From NCBI RefSeq assembly GCF_051097895.1, contig NZ_CP142525.1, positions 1,740,001 to 1,772,000 on the forward strand: DNA of 32,000 nucleotides, read 5' to 3'. Both the position numbers and the translations under genes were made by a program. The notes beneath the pieces are model-generated. The model was not told the DNA's origin and made no database searches. It was given only the letters and a program-made list of their open reading frames with translations. This DNA is from Psychrobacter sp. HD31. Lineage in GTDB: Bacteria; Pseudomonadota; Gammaproteobacteria; Pseudomonadales; Moraxellaceae. Positions 9,156 to 18,086 of this stretch are shown one piece after another (positions within the stretch are counted from its first letter, which is position 1; each line of letters starts with the position of its first letter).

Positions 9156-10562
9156 ATGACAAAAGATACAGGCTTATATACTTGGCAAGCGGATAACTTA
9201 ATTACGGCAACCCAACCAGTAAACGGGCATTGGCTAGATAAAAGCCTGCCAAGTCTTGCCAATATTAATACGGCTCGTATTTCTACCGATACTCGCACTA
9301 TTAGTGATGGCGATATCTTTCTTGCGTTATCAGGCGATAACTTTGATGGGCATAATTATGCACAAATGGCGGTAGAAAAAGGTGCGGTGGCTGTTATCGT
9401 TGAGCGAGAAATTAAAGGGGTAAATGCGCCGCAACTACTGGTTAGCGACAGTCGTTTGGCATTGGGTGCGTTGGCTGGGTTTCGTCGTCGTCAGCATAAA
9501 GACGTGACAATAATTGCCATTACAGGCTCTAGCGGTAAAACAACGGTTAAAGAAATGCTGGGCAGTATTTTTAGCAATATTGCGCCAACTTTGGTTACTC
9601 GTGGCAATCTAAATAATGATTTGGGTGTGCCCATGATGCTATTAGAGATGTCTGATGAGCATAAATTTGCAATTTTAGAGCTAGGTGCCAATCATATTGG
9701 AGAGATTGCTTATACAGCAAACATTGTACAGCCTGACGTTGCCGCTATCTTAAACATTGGTACTGCTCATTTAGGTGAGTTTGGTGGATGTGAGGGCATT
9801 TGTAAAGCAAAATCTGAAATTTATCAGGTGCTTGATAACACACAAACAGCCGTTGTGCCAGAGCTTGATGAGTTTGCTGATAAGTTGCGGGCCGTTGCTG
9901 CCGATCATACTCACCAAATCATTGGTTTTGGCAAAACGGACGTAACCATCAGTGATGTGCAAATTTGCCCTTTAAGCAGCCAATTTACGCTTAATGTTGG
10001 TGATGCGTGTCAGCCCATCACATTACCGCTGGCAGGTGAACATAATGTCACCAATGCCATGGCAGTAACAGCGTGTGCGATTGCCGTGGGTATCTCACTT
10101 GAACAAATTGCTTTAGGGTTAGCCCAGGTTAAACCGCCGCGTGGACGTTTATACAGCCATACCGTGGGCAAGCATTTACTAATTGATGATACCTATAATG
10201 CTAATCCAAACTCTATCAAGGCTGGGGCAAGTGTGGTTATGGCTCAAGCTGGCAAAAAAATACTGGTGCTGGGTGATATTGGTGAGCTTGGCGATGCAGC
10301 CAAAGATGAGCATTATAAATTGGGTGAAGACTTGGCAAATATGGGTATTGAACATATCTTTGCGCTTGGCGAGTTTGCGCAAAATACGGTTGATGGTGCC
10401 AATAATATAGCGGATGTTCAGGCAGTTGCTTATACTGATAAATCGCAACTATTGGCTGACTTGCAGGCATTTGTCATAAAAAATAAAGATGAAGCTTGTA
10501 CAATTTTGTTTAAAGGTTCTCGATTTATGAAAATGGAAACCTTGTTTGAAGCATTAATTTAA
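9156..10562 (+). CDS. murF: UDP-N-acetylmuramoyl-tripeptide--D-alanyl-D-alanine ligase
   Basis: Mur ligase P-loop GSSGKTT, a DDTYNANP motif, and a position between murE and mraY. Confidence 0.95.
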   Translation: MTKDTGLYTWQADNLITATQPVNGHWLDKSLPSLANINTARISTDTRTISDGDIFLALSGDNFDGHNYAQMAVEKGAVAVIVEREIKGVNAPQLLVSDSRLALGALAGFRRRQHKDVTIIAITGSSGKTTVKEMLGSIFSNIAPTLVTRGNLNNDLGVPMMLLEMSDEHKFAILELGANHIGEIAYTANIVQPDVAAILNIGTAHLGEFGGCEGICKAKSEIYQVLDNTQTAVVPELDEFADKLRAVAADHTHQIIGFGKTDVTISDVQICPLSSQFTLNVGDACQPITLPLAGEHNVTNAMAVTACAIAVGISLEQIALGLAQVKPPRGRLYSHTVGKHLLIDDTYNANPNSIKAGASVVMAQAGKKILVLGDIGELGDAAKDEHYKLGEDLANMGIEHIFALGEFAQNTVDGANNIADVQAVAYTDKSQLLADLQAFVIKNKDEACTILFKGSRFMKMETLFEALI

Positions 10563-10706
10563 AATATCAGCTTGGCAAGTTGTTTTATGGTTTGTTTTAC
10601 AACGTTGATAAAAACAAAGATATAAAAATACAACAAAAAAAGTCATCAATTGATTTAGAATGGTATCTTTTTTGTTGATTTATCTAAAATCCTTTAGGAG
10701 TGCGTG

Positions 10707-11825
10707 GTGCTAGTTTGGTTATTTGAATGGCTTAGCCAATTTTATTCGCCGTTTTCGGCAGTGTCGTCATTAACTTTGCGAGTTTTACTTGCAGTTATTA
10801 CGGCATTAGGTTTTTCGATGATGTTTGGCGGTAAAGCAATTGAATACCTTCGTACGCTAAAGTATGGACAAGCAGTACGTGATGATGGTCCTCAATCACA
10901 TTTAGCAAAACAAGGTACGCCTACCATGGGTGGGGTGTTGATTTTAACGGCAATTGGTGTTGCTAGCTTGTTGTGGGGGGACTTAACGAACCCTTACATT
11001 TGGATTTTAATGGCGGTGATGGTAATTTTTGGCGCTGTTGGTTGGGCAGATGACTGGCTAAAAATTAAACATAAAGACCCAAAAGGGTTGATTGCACGTA
11101 AAAAATATTTTTGGCTATCCGTGGGCGCATTGTTTGCTGGTGGTGCAATGTATTATATTGCAACGCAACAAGCAGATGTTGCAACCACAAATGCCATGCA
11201 AGATTTATTGGTTCCCTTGTTTAAAGATTGGTCAATTCCACTTTCTCTTATTCCTTTTGGGTTGGGTTTTATCATCTTTACTTATTTTGTTATCAATGGG
11301 GCATCCAATGCGGTTAACTTAACTGATGGTTTAGATGGGCTTGCTATTTTGCCGGTGGTTTTAGTGGCAGCGGGTTTGGGTGTATTTGCCTATGTATCTG
11401 GCGATGTACGTTTTGCTGAATACTTGCATGTGCCTTATATTAGCTATAACTCCGAAGTTACCATCGTTTGTGCCGCTATGGTTGGCGCTGGCTTGGGCTT
11501 TTTATGGTTTAACGCTCACCCAGCACAAGTGTTTATGGGCGATGTGGGTGCGTTAGCATTAGGCGGTTTGTTAGGTACCATTGCCGTTATGACACGTCAA
11601 GAAATTGCGTTTGCGATTATGGGCGGTTTGTTTGTGGTTGAAGCGTTATCGGTTATGCTACAAGTAGGCTCATATAAACTGCGTAAAAAACGCGTGTTTA
11701 AAATGGCGCCATTGCATCACCATTTTGAAGAGTTAGGCTGGAAAGAAACCCAAGTGGTGGCACGTTTTTGGATTATTGCCATTATTTTAGTTATTTTAGG
11801 GTTGATGACATTAAAATTACGTTAA
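10707..11825 (+). CDS. mraY: Phospho-N-acetylmuramoyl-pentapeptide transferase
   Basis: Polytopic membrane protein with [10 protein letters not shown] and APLHHHFE motifs. The ORF track starts at GTG 10704. GTG 10707 gives an N-terminus MLVWLFEWL matching E. coli MraY (MLVWLAEHL, from memory) and sits 6 nt after AGGAG (10696-10700). Confidence 0.93.
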   Translation: MLVWLFEWLSQFYSPFSAVSSLTLRVLLAVITALGFSMMFGGKAIEYLRTLKYGQAVRDDGPQSHLAKQGTPTMGGVLILTAIGVASLLWGDLTNPYIWILMAVMVIFGAVGWADDWLKIKHKDPKGLIARKKYFWLSVGALFAGGAMYYIATQQADVATTNAMQDLLVPLFKDWSIPLSLIPFGLGFIIFTYFVINGASNAVNLTDGLDGLAILPVVLVAAGLGVFAYVSGDVRFAEYLHVPYISYNSEVTIVCAAMVGAGLGFLWFNAHPAQVFMGDVGALALGGLLGTIAVMTRQEIAFAIMGGLFVVEALSVMLQVGSYKLRKKRVFKMAPLHHHFEELGWKETQVVARFWIIAIILVILGLMTLKLR

Positions 11826-11863
11826 ACGTGTTTTATAAAGTCGATTATATTATGACAAATTGT

Positions 11864-11890
11864 AGGCAGCTAAAAGGCTGCCTTTTTTTG
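11864..11890 (+). terminator. Strong intrinsic terminator ending the rsmH-mraY operon
   Basis: AGGCAGC (11864-11870) pairs with GCTGCCT (11877-11883) around a 6-nt loop and is followed by a run of 7 T. It lies 39 nt after the mraY stop. Confidence 0.8.
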
Positions 11891-12024
11891 TGTTATTTTT
11901 TTATAACAACGGGTTAAACAAACCCCCACCAAAAGCATTAAATTAGGGTACAATAGGGTCTATGTTCATAGCAAATTATCTTTAAAATATTGGCTCTTGC
12001 AATCGCAATAAAAGGAGCAGCGTC

Positions 12025-13272
12025 ATGACTGAGCAGCAACATCAATCACAAACCCAGGCAAAAAAAAGCCCAGATAATATCCAATATACAGATGTTATTA
12101 TTGTTGGGGCGGGTCCTATTGGGCTAAGCATGGCACGCATGCTTTCTGGTGGTGAATTAAAAGTACATATTGTGGAAGGGCAACCCGAAGACACCATCAC
12201 GAATCCAGCATTTGATGGACGTGAAATTGCCATTACCCACCGTACAAAAGAAATGATGCTTAATCTCGACCAATGGCGGCATATTGAACCAGAAAATGTG
12301 CACTTGCTAAAACGTGCAGAAGTATATGATGGCAACTCACCATTTGCATTGGGTTTTGACAAACCAGATAGCGTAAGAGGTAAACCGATTGAAACCTTGG
12401 GTTATCTTTTAGCAAATCATCGTATCCGCAAAGCAGCTTATGATGCATTAAAAAATGAAATTGCTAATCCAACTTATTTAACCACCCACTTTGGTAAACG
12501 TGTTAATGCCGTCAACACTAATGATGAGATTGCCGAGGTAAGTCTTGAAGACGGGACGATTATCCGTGGCAAGCTAGTATTGGCAGCAGATTCTCGTGTG
12601 TCGTTTATGCGCAAAGCACTTGGTATTAGTGCGGATATGCATGACTTTGGGCGCACCGTTTTGGTGTTTGGTACTACCCATACCCAAAGTAATCAACAAA
12701 CGGCACATGAAGGATTTTACTATGGCAAAACTTTGGCGGTCTTACCGTTAGGTGAGTATAAATCTTCTATGGTGATTACCGTGGATAATAGCCAAGTGGC
12801 ACGCATAAAAGCCATGAATAAAGAAGAACTTGCGTGCGAGATGAATAATTGGCTTAATGGGCGTCTAGGCGAGATAACCGTTACCAGTGATATCCACAGT
12901 TATCCATTGCTTGGTGTGCATGCCGATAAATTTTATGGTAATCGCTGTGCGTTGATAGGTGATGCAGCCGTTGGTATGCATCCAGTAACGGCACACGGTT
13001 ATAATTTAGGGATGGAGAGTGTGGCAATTTTAGGCAAACTACTCATACAGGCGGCTCAAAAGGGTGAAGACATTGCCAACCCACGCTTGTTGGCACGTTA
13101 CCATGTGACGCATAGTACCAAAACAAAAGCCATGTATCATGGCACCAATGCGATTGTAAAACTATATACTGACGAACGCCCACCCGCTAGGTTTGTTCGC
13201 CGTGCCGGGCTGCGGCTAAGCAATAGCTTTGCACCGGTAAAGCGTTTAATCACTGCCCAATTAACTGGTTAG
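12025..13272 (+). CDS. FAD-dependent ubiquinone-biosynthesis hydroxylase, UbiH/UbiF/VisC/COQ6 family (UbiM-like)
   Basis: 415-aa ORF with an N-terminal dinucleotide fold VIIVGAGPIGLSMA and the family signature GDAAVGMHPVTAHGYNLG. The HPVTAHG variant resembles what I recall for UbiM-type enzymes. The subfamily cannot be fixed without alignment. Confidence 0.8.
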   Translation: MTEQQHQSQTQAKKSPDNIQYTDVIIVGAGPIGLSMARMLSGGELKVHIVEGQPEDTITNPAFDGREIAITHRTKEMMLNLDQWRHIEPENVHLLKRAEVYDGNSPFALGFDKPDSVRGKPIETLGYLLANHRIRKAAYDALKNEIANPTYLTTHFGKRVNAVNTNDEIAEVSLEDGTIIRGKLVLAADSRVSFMRKALGISADMHDFGRTVLVFGTTHTQSNQQTAHEGFYYGKTLAVLPLGEYKSSMVITVDNSQVARIKAMNKEELACEMNNWLNGRLGEITVTSDIHSYPLLGVHADKFYGNRCALIGDAAVGMHPVTAHGYNLGMESVAILGKLLIQAAQKGEDIANPRLLARYHVTHSTKTKAMYHGTNAIVKLYTDERPPARFVRRAGLRLSNSFAPVKRLITAQLTG

Positions 13273-13284
13273 GCACTGTTTTTG

Positions 13285-14250
13285 ATGATGACTAACCGCA
13301 TTTTTGTTTGTCCCATTTGTCAGTCACCCATGGAGCTTGATAAACAAACATGGTTTTGTGATGGTAGCTTGAATCCAAAGTCTGTCAAACATCCGTTTGA
13401 TGTAGCCAAACAAGGCTATGTTAATCTATTGCCTGTACAAAATAAAAAAAGTAAATCTCCAGGTGACAGTCAGGCGTCTATCTTGGCACGTCAGCGTTTT
13501 TTGCAAGCAGGTTTTTACCAACCACTACAAATTAAACTTTATCAACTTATTCAAAAGCATTTAAAAAAATCGCATCAGCAGCCTGATATGAGTCGTATAC
13601 GATGGCTTGATATTGGCTGTGGAGAAGGTTATTACTCACAAAAAATTGCGACCATCCCAAGCATTAGTCAATTAATTGCGATAGACATTAGCAAACCTGC
13701 TGTCAGTGAGCTGGCAAAATCAAGTAAACGCCAGCATCTGTTATGGCATCAATCTCAAGTAATCAATCAACAAACCCATCAAAGTGCGCTAAATCAAGGG
13801 ATTGTCCCCTTAGTTGCCAGCGCCTCAAAATTACCATTACAAGACAACTGCTTAAGTGGTGTTAGTAGTATTTTTAGCCCAATTTTACCGCAAGAGATTG
13901 ATAGAGTTTTATCTAAAAAAGGCATTGTATGTATTGCTAAACCAGATGTTGGGCATCTTGCTAGTATGCGTTCTGCCTTGTTTGATGAGGTAAGAGAACA
14001 TCAGTCTGATAAGTTTTTACAGCAGTTATATGATGTTGGGTTGACGCTTTTAGAAGAAGCATTTGTTGAGACAGATTTGATACTCAATCAGCAGCAGTTA
14101 GAAGACTTGCTCACGATGACACCATACTCTTATCGAGCAAAAAGAGAAAACAGAGAGGCGTTATTGCGCCAAGCAGATACCACAGGTTTTAAGACAACCG
14201 CAAAGTTTGTGGTTTATGTTTTAGAGAAAGACAGAAAAACAAATTATTAA
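13285..14250 (+). CDS. rlmA: 23S rRNA (guanine745-N1)-methyltransferase RlmA
   Basis: N-terminal Cys zinc ribbon (CPICQSP...FC). The block HPFDVAKQGYVNLLPVQNKKSKSPGDS..ARQRFLQAGFYQPL closely parallels E. coli RlmA as I recall it. SAM motif LDIGCGEGYY is present. The ORF-track TTG at 13282 was replaced by the ATG at 13285. A Gln-rich insert of about 20 aa (about 13735-13800) is present relative to E. coli. Confidence 0.85.
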   Translation: MMTNRIFVCPICQSPMELDKQTWFCDGSLNPKSVKHPFDVAKQGYVNLLPVQNKKSKSPGDSQASILARQRFLQAGFYQPLQIKLYQLIQKHLKKSHQQPDMSRIRWLDIGCGEGYYSQKIATIPSISQLIAIDISKPAVSELAKSSKRQHLLWHQSQVINQQTHQSALNQGIVPLVASASKLPLQDNCLSGVSSIFSPILPQEIDRVLSKKGIVCIAKPDVGHLASMRSALFDEVREHQSDKFLQQLYDVGLTLLEEAFVETDLILNQQQLEDLLTMTPYSYRAKRENREALLRQADTTGFKTTAKFVVYVLEKDRKTNY

Positions 14251-14434
14251 CTAGCTGTGACCTCAAAAACCAATCATCTTTTAGACACTCTCATATCATT
14301 TATATTTATTTTTTGTCAATAAAAAATGACTGTTTTTAATGACTAAACAGGCAAAGTGTCTTCCCAAAAGTATACAAAACAGTGTATATTAAAAAAATGT
14401 ATGGATTTTTTAAATTAAAAAAGGAGCGTTGTTC

Positions 14435-16108
14435 ATGGAAAGAGTTTGGTTAAAAACATACGAAGAGTTGGGGTTGCCTTATAAAATAGCTAACTTCCCT
14501 GCTGCTGATACCTCATTAATTGATATATTTGAAGAAAGTTTTAAAAAGCATCACAACCTGCCTGCATTATACTTTATGGACAAAAGCATGTCTTTTGCTG
14601 AGCTAGATAAGTATAGTCTTCAAATTGCAAGCTACTTACAGTCGCGTGGCTTACAAAAAGGTGACCGAGTTGCGGTCATGTTACCAAATGTCTTTCAATA
14701 TCCTATCCTTGCCTTAGGCATTTTGCGTGCAGGCTATGTACTAGTTAATGTTAATCCTCTATATACCACTCGAGAGCTAGGGCACCAATTGCAAGATTCA
14801 GGTGCAAAGATTTTATTTATTTTAGAAAACTTTGCCAAAACTTATCAAGATATAGAGCACAAAACAGTTGATGAAGTAGTTATTTGCCGTGTTGGTGATA
14901 TGCTGGGTGGCTTTAAAGGCGGGCTAATTAACTTTGTACTGAAACATGTTAAAAAAGACATCCCAGCTTGGCATATTGCTGGGCATAAAAACTTTAAAGA
15001 GGTACTAGGGCAAGTATCTACTGATAAGTATGTGCGCCCACAAATAACACTAGAAGATACTGCTGTGCTGCAATATACAGGCGGTACGACAGGTGTATCT
15101 AAAGGTGCTGAGTTGTTACATAAAAACTTGGTAGCAAACCTCATTCAGACCGACCAATATACGGCAGGGTCATTGAATCCTGACGAAAATAATAACATTA
15201 TGTGTGCATTGCCTTTGTACCATATTTTTGCATTTACGGTTTGTTTATTGAGTGGGTTGTACCGTGGTGATGCCAACATCTTAATCCCTAACCCAAGAGA
15301 TTTACCAAAGCTTGTGGATGCATTTGACAAGTATAAGCCGAGTATTTTCCCTGCCGTTAATACCTTATTTAATGCCTTGGTTCATGATGAGAAGTTTAAA
15401 ACGTTAGATTTTCCTAATTTTAAATTTGCGATGGGCGGTGGCATGGCGGTACAACAGCCGGTATCTGATGCTTGGGAAGCAATTACTGGTGTGAGTATTT
15501 TGCAAGGTTATGGCTTATCAGAAACCTCCCCAATTGCGACCAGCTCGCCAGCGGGCGCACCTTTTAATGGAACCATTGGTTTACCTTTCCCTGATACCGA
15601 TGTGGCAATTTTAGATGATGAAGGCAATCTTGTGCCTATTGGAGAGTCTGGAGAAATCTGTGTGCGTGGTCCTCAAGTAATGAAAGGCTATTGGAACCGA
15701 CCAGAAGCGACAGCTGAGGTAATGACAGCAGATGGGTTCTTCCGTACCGGTGATATTGGTGTCATGGATGAAAAGGGTTACTTTAAAATTGTTGACCGTA
15801 AAAAAGATATGATTTTAGTATCAGGCTTTAATGTTTATCCAAATGAGCTAGAAGAAGTCATAGCTGGGCATCCAAAAGTACTAGAAGCCGGTGTTATTGG
15901 TATACCAGATGAAAAAAGTGGCGAAGTGCCTAAATTCTTTATTGTTAAAGATGACCCAAGTTTAACCGAAAAAGAAGTTAAAGCGTTTTGCCGTAAAAAT
16001 CTAACAGGCTATAAACAACCACGTGCAATTGAGTTTATTGATGAGTTGCCAAAGTCTAATGTGGGTAAAATTTTAAGAAAAGACTTACGTAAGCTAGAAG
16101 GGCTATAA
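14435..16108 (+). CDS. fadD: Long-chain-fatty-acid--CoA ligase (acyl-CoA synthetase)
   Basis: AMP-binding signature YTGGTTGVSKGA, GYGLSE, and a C-terminal KILRKDLR. The N-terminus MERVWLKTY parallels E. coli FadD. The ATG at 14435 lies 8 nt after AAGGAG (14421-14426); the ORF-track TTG at 14429 is unlikely. Confidence 0.88.
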   Translation: MERVWLKTYEELGLPYKIANFPAADTSLIDIFEESFKKHHNLPALYFMDKSMSFAELDKYSLQIASYLQSRGLQKGDRVAVMLPNVFQYPILALGILRAGYVLVNVNPLYTTRELGHQLQDSGAKILFILENFAKTYQDIEHKTVDEVVICRVGDMLGGFKGGLINFVLKHVKKDIPAWHIAGHKNFKEVLGQVSTDKYVRPQITLEDTAVLQYTGGTTGVSKGAELLHKNLVANLIQTDQYTAGSLNPDENNNIMCALPLYHIFAFTVCLLSGLYRGDANILIPNPRDLPKLVDAFDKYKPSIFPAVNTLFNALVHDEKFKTLDFPNFKFAMGGGMAVQQPVSDAWEAITGVSILQGYGLSETSPIATSSPAGAPFNGTIGLPFPDTDVAILDDEGNLVPIGESGEICVRGPQVMKGYWNRPEATAEVMTADGFFRTGDIGVMDEKGYFKIVDRKKDMILVSGFNVYPNELEEVIAGHPKVLEAGVIGIPDEKSGEVPKFFIVKDDPSLTEKEVKAFCRKNLTGYKQPRAIEFIDELPKSNVGKILRKDLRKLEGL

Positions 16109-16148
16109 AATAAAGTTAAACTAATAAACTGAGAAAAAGCTGCATTTT

Positions 16149-16239
16149 TGGCGGTGAGAGAGGGATTCGAACCCTCGATAGGCTATTAACCTATACACAC
16201 TTTCCAGGCGTGCGCTTTCGACCACTCAGCCACCTCACC
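16149..16239 (-). tRNA. tRNA-Ser (anticodon GGA)
   Basis: The reverse complement GGTGAGGTGGCTGAGTGGTCGAAAGCGCACGCCTGGAAAGTGTGTATAGGTTAATAGCCTATCGAGGGTTCGAATCCCTCTCTCACCGCCA is a 91-nt class II tRNA with a long variable arm. The anticodon loop is CT-GGA-AA and CCA is encoded. Confidence 0.92.
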
Positions 16240-16249
16240 GTTTTTTACA

Positions 16250-16281
16250 GCACTCTTTGGGTAGGTTTATCCAAAGAGTGC
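16250..16281. repeat. Perfect 11-bp inverted repeat (hairpin) immediately 5' of tRNA-Ser
   Basis: GCACTCTTTGG (16250-16260) and CCAAAGAGTGC (16271-16281) are exact reverse complements around a 10-nt loop. No U-tract follows on either strand, so it is not a canonical terminator. Confidence 0.6.
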
Positions 16282-16339
16282 AATAGTATAAAATAAAACT
16301 TATAAAAAGTCACCATTTGCAATAATTTCTGATATCTTG

Positions 16340-17287
16340 ATGTTTGTTTCTACCCTATCTACTTTAAACAGCCCAGTAAAAAAAGGTTGTATTATCAAAA
16401 CGTTCGCTATTATATTTTTTGTTGGGTGCGGTTTTTTTGTAACGCCTTCTGCCAAAGCAGAAGTGTTTAAAAATTGCAGCCAACCGTTTTATGCGTTTAA
16501 AGCACCCAAAATAACGCAAATAAACAAACTAGAAAAGACCGTCCCTTTGTGTTTTGATGGGTTTGCCGTGTTGTACTCGGGCAAAACACGGACACCCTTA
16601 TGGTCGGCAGAGCATTTAACGAGAGAACGTTTGTACCGTGCAGACGAGCTAGAGAGAGAAGATAACTTTCATGAAGAAAGCCGTTTGCCATTTGCAATAC
16701 GGGCAACTGTCTACGACTATTCTGGCACGGGTTATGATAGGGGGCATTTAGCACCAAATGCAGATATGGCAAGCAAAACGGAGCAATATGATAGCTTTAG
16801 TTTGGCAAATATAGCACCACAGTCGCCATATCTTAATAGAAAGATATGGCGCAAAATTGAGTCTAGCACCCGTTATTTAACCAAAGTGCATGGGCAAGCA
16901 TACGTGGTAACAGGGGTTGTGTTTGAAGATAAAAACGCATATCAATGGGGGCAAGCGGTACTGATTCCTAGCCATTTTTTTAAAGCCGTTTATTTTCCAA
17001 AGCTCAATCAAGCAGGGGTTTATTATGCGCCAAATGATGAGTCTGGCAGAATAGAGGTTATCAGCCTTGATGAATTAATTACAAAGCATGGCATAAGCCC
17101 TATACCCGCCTTACAACCAAAGGTAATGGCAAAAGCAATGCCATTACCGTTACCCAGTCAAAAATTAACAACCACCCAAAGTAATGGGCAAAAAAAAGAT
17201 CAGCCAGAGTTTAATACGGGCGAATGGTGGATGCAGCTATTTGAACAATTTTGGCATTGGATTAGTGAACAGTTGTACCAAAAATAG
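16340..17287 (+). CDS. Secreted DNA/RNA non-specific endonuclease (Serratia NucA / EndoG beta-beta-alpha-Me family)
   Basis: Active-site motif YDRGHLAPN with a downstream SLANIAPQ Asn. The N-terminal signal peptide has a KK n-region, a hydrophobic core IIFFVGCGFFV and an AKA|EV cleavage site. The ATG at 16340 is preferred over the ORF-track TTG at 16337. Confidence 0.85.
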   Translation: MFVSTLSTLNSPVKKGCIIKTFAIIFFVGCGFFVTPSAKAEVFKNCSQPFYAFKAPKITQINKLEKTVPLCFDGFAVLYSGKTRTPLWSAEHLTRERLYRADELEREDNFHEESRLPFAIRATVYDYSGTGYDRGHLAPNADMASKTEQYDSFSLANIAPQSPYLNRKIWRKIESSTRYLTKVHGQAYVVTGVVFEDKNAYQWGQAVLIPSHFFKAVYFPKLNQAGVYYAPNDESGRIEVISLDELITKHGISPIPALQPKVMAKAMPLPLPSQKLTTTQSNGQKKDQPEFNTGEWWMQLFEQFWHWISEQLYQK

Positions 17288-17499
17288 CTCTCTAACTCAT
17301 TGATTCTTACTGATTTATTGCTAAATAAAGAGGTTAGGTAATAAAAAAAACAAAAAGTTACGATATTGCTTATTTTTTAGCGATTCTGTAGTGGGAATTA
17401 AGAAGTTTATATGATAACTTATAAAAAATAGACATACAGACATGTTTATATTGAAGTTTATTTAAACCCAACTTTTGGGAAATTGAAAGGAGTCAAGTT

Positions 17500-17844
17500 A
17501 TGAAATTATTCACTCAATCAGTAGTTTTAGCAGCATCATTAGGTATGGCAACGGTAGCGATGGCAGCAGATCCAATCGTTGGTAAGTGGCTAACACCAGA
17601 AAAAGGTGTGATGGTTAACATTACTAAATCGGGTAGCCAATTTACTGGTAAATTAGCAAATGGCGAGTTTGCTGGTCATAAAGGTCTTAGAAACATCGTT
17701 TCTAAAGGTGGCAATAAGTACCAAGGTAAGGCAAAGCATCCTCGTTGGGGCATTATCCCTGCCGTTAATGCTAATATTACGGTTAATGGTAATAAACTAA
17801 CCATTAAAACGGTTAAAGGCACTCAAGTTTGGAAAAAACAATAG
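17500..17844 (+). CDS. Small secreted protein, DUF2147-like
   Basis: 114-aa ORF with a signal peptide (..ATVAMA|ADP) and a GKW-T-P start to the mature domain. Gly/Lys-rich beta-type sequence ends in TQVWKK, resembling DUF2147 family members from memory. A good Shine-Dalgarno (AAAGGAG) precedes the ATG. Confidence 0.55.
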   Translation: MKLFTQSVVLAASLGMATVAMAADPIVGKWLTPEKGVMVNITKSGSQFTGKLANGEFAGHKGLRNIVSKGGNKYQGKAKHPRWGIIPAVNANITVNGNKLTIKTVKGTQVWKKQ

Positions 17845-17864
17845 TCCTTTACTTAGGTTATGCT

Positions 17865-17892
17865 AAAAGAAGCCATTAGGCTTCTTTTTTTG
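17865..17892 (+). terminator. Intrinsic terminator after the DUF2147-like gene
   Basis: AAAAGAAGCC (17865-17874) pairs with GGCTTCTTTT (17879-17888) around the loop ATTA, and a T-run follows. Confidence 0.75.
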
Positions 17893-18023
17893 TTTTTATT
17901 TTATCGATATATTAACTGTATTTTTAGTTAGGCTTACTTCCTATTAAACTTAGGCATGTGCTGTACTGAATCCATCGCCTATTTTTTTGAGTACAGTGAA
18001 CAGATTATATTTGCTAATAAAAA

Positions 18024-18055
18024 ATAAAAAAAGGAGCCTTTGAGCTCCTTTTTTA
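18024..18055 (-). terminator. Intrinsic terminator downstream of amtB (A/T tracts on both sides, potentially bidirectional)
   Basis: AAGGAGC (18031-18037) pairs with GCTCCTT (18044-18050). It is flanked by an A-run on the plus strand (a T-run on the minus strand) and by TTTTTT on the plus strand. It lies about 35 nt after the amtB stop. Confidence 0.6.
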
Positions 18056-18086
18056 GGGTGTTATGCGTCTTATTTAAGTAACAAGC

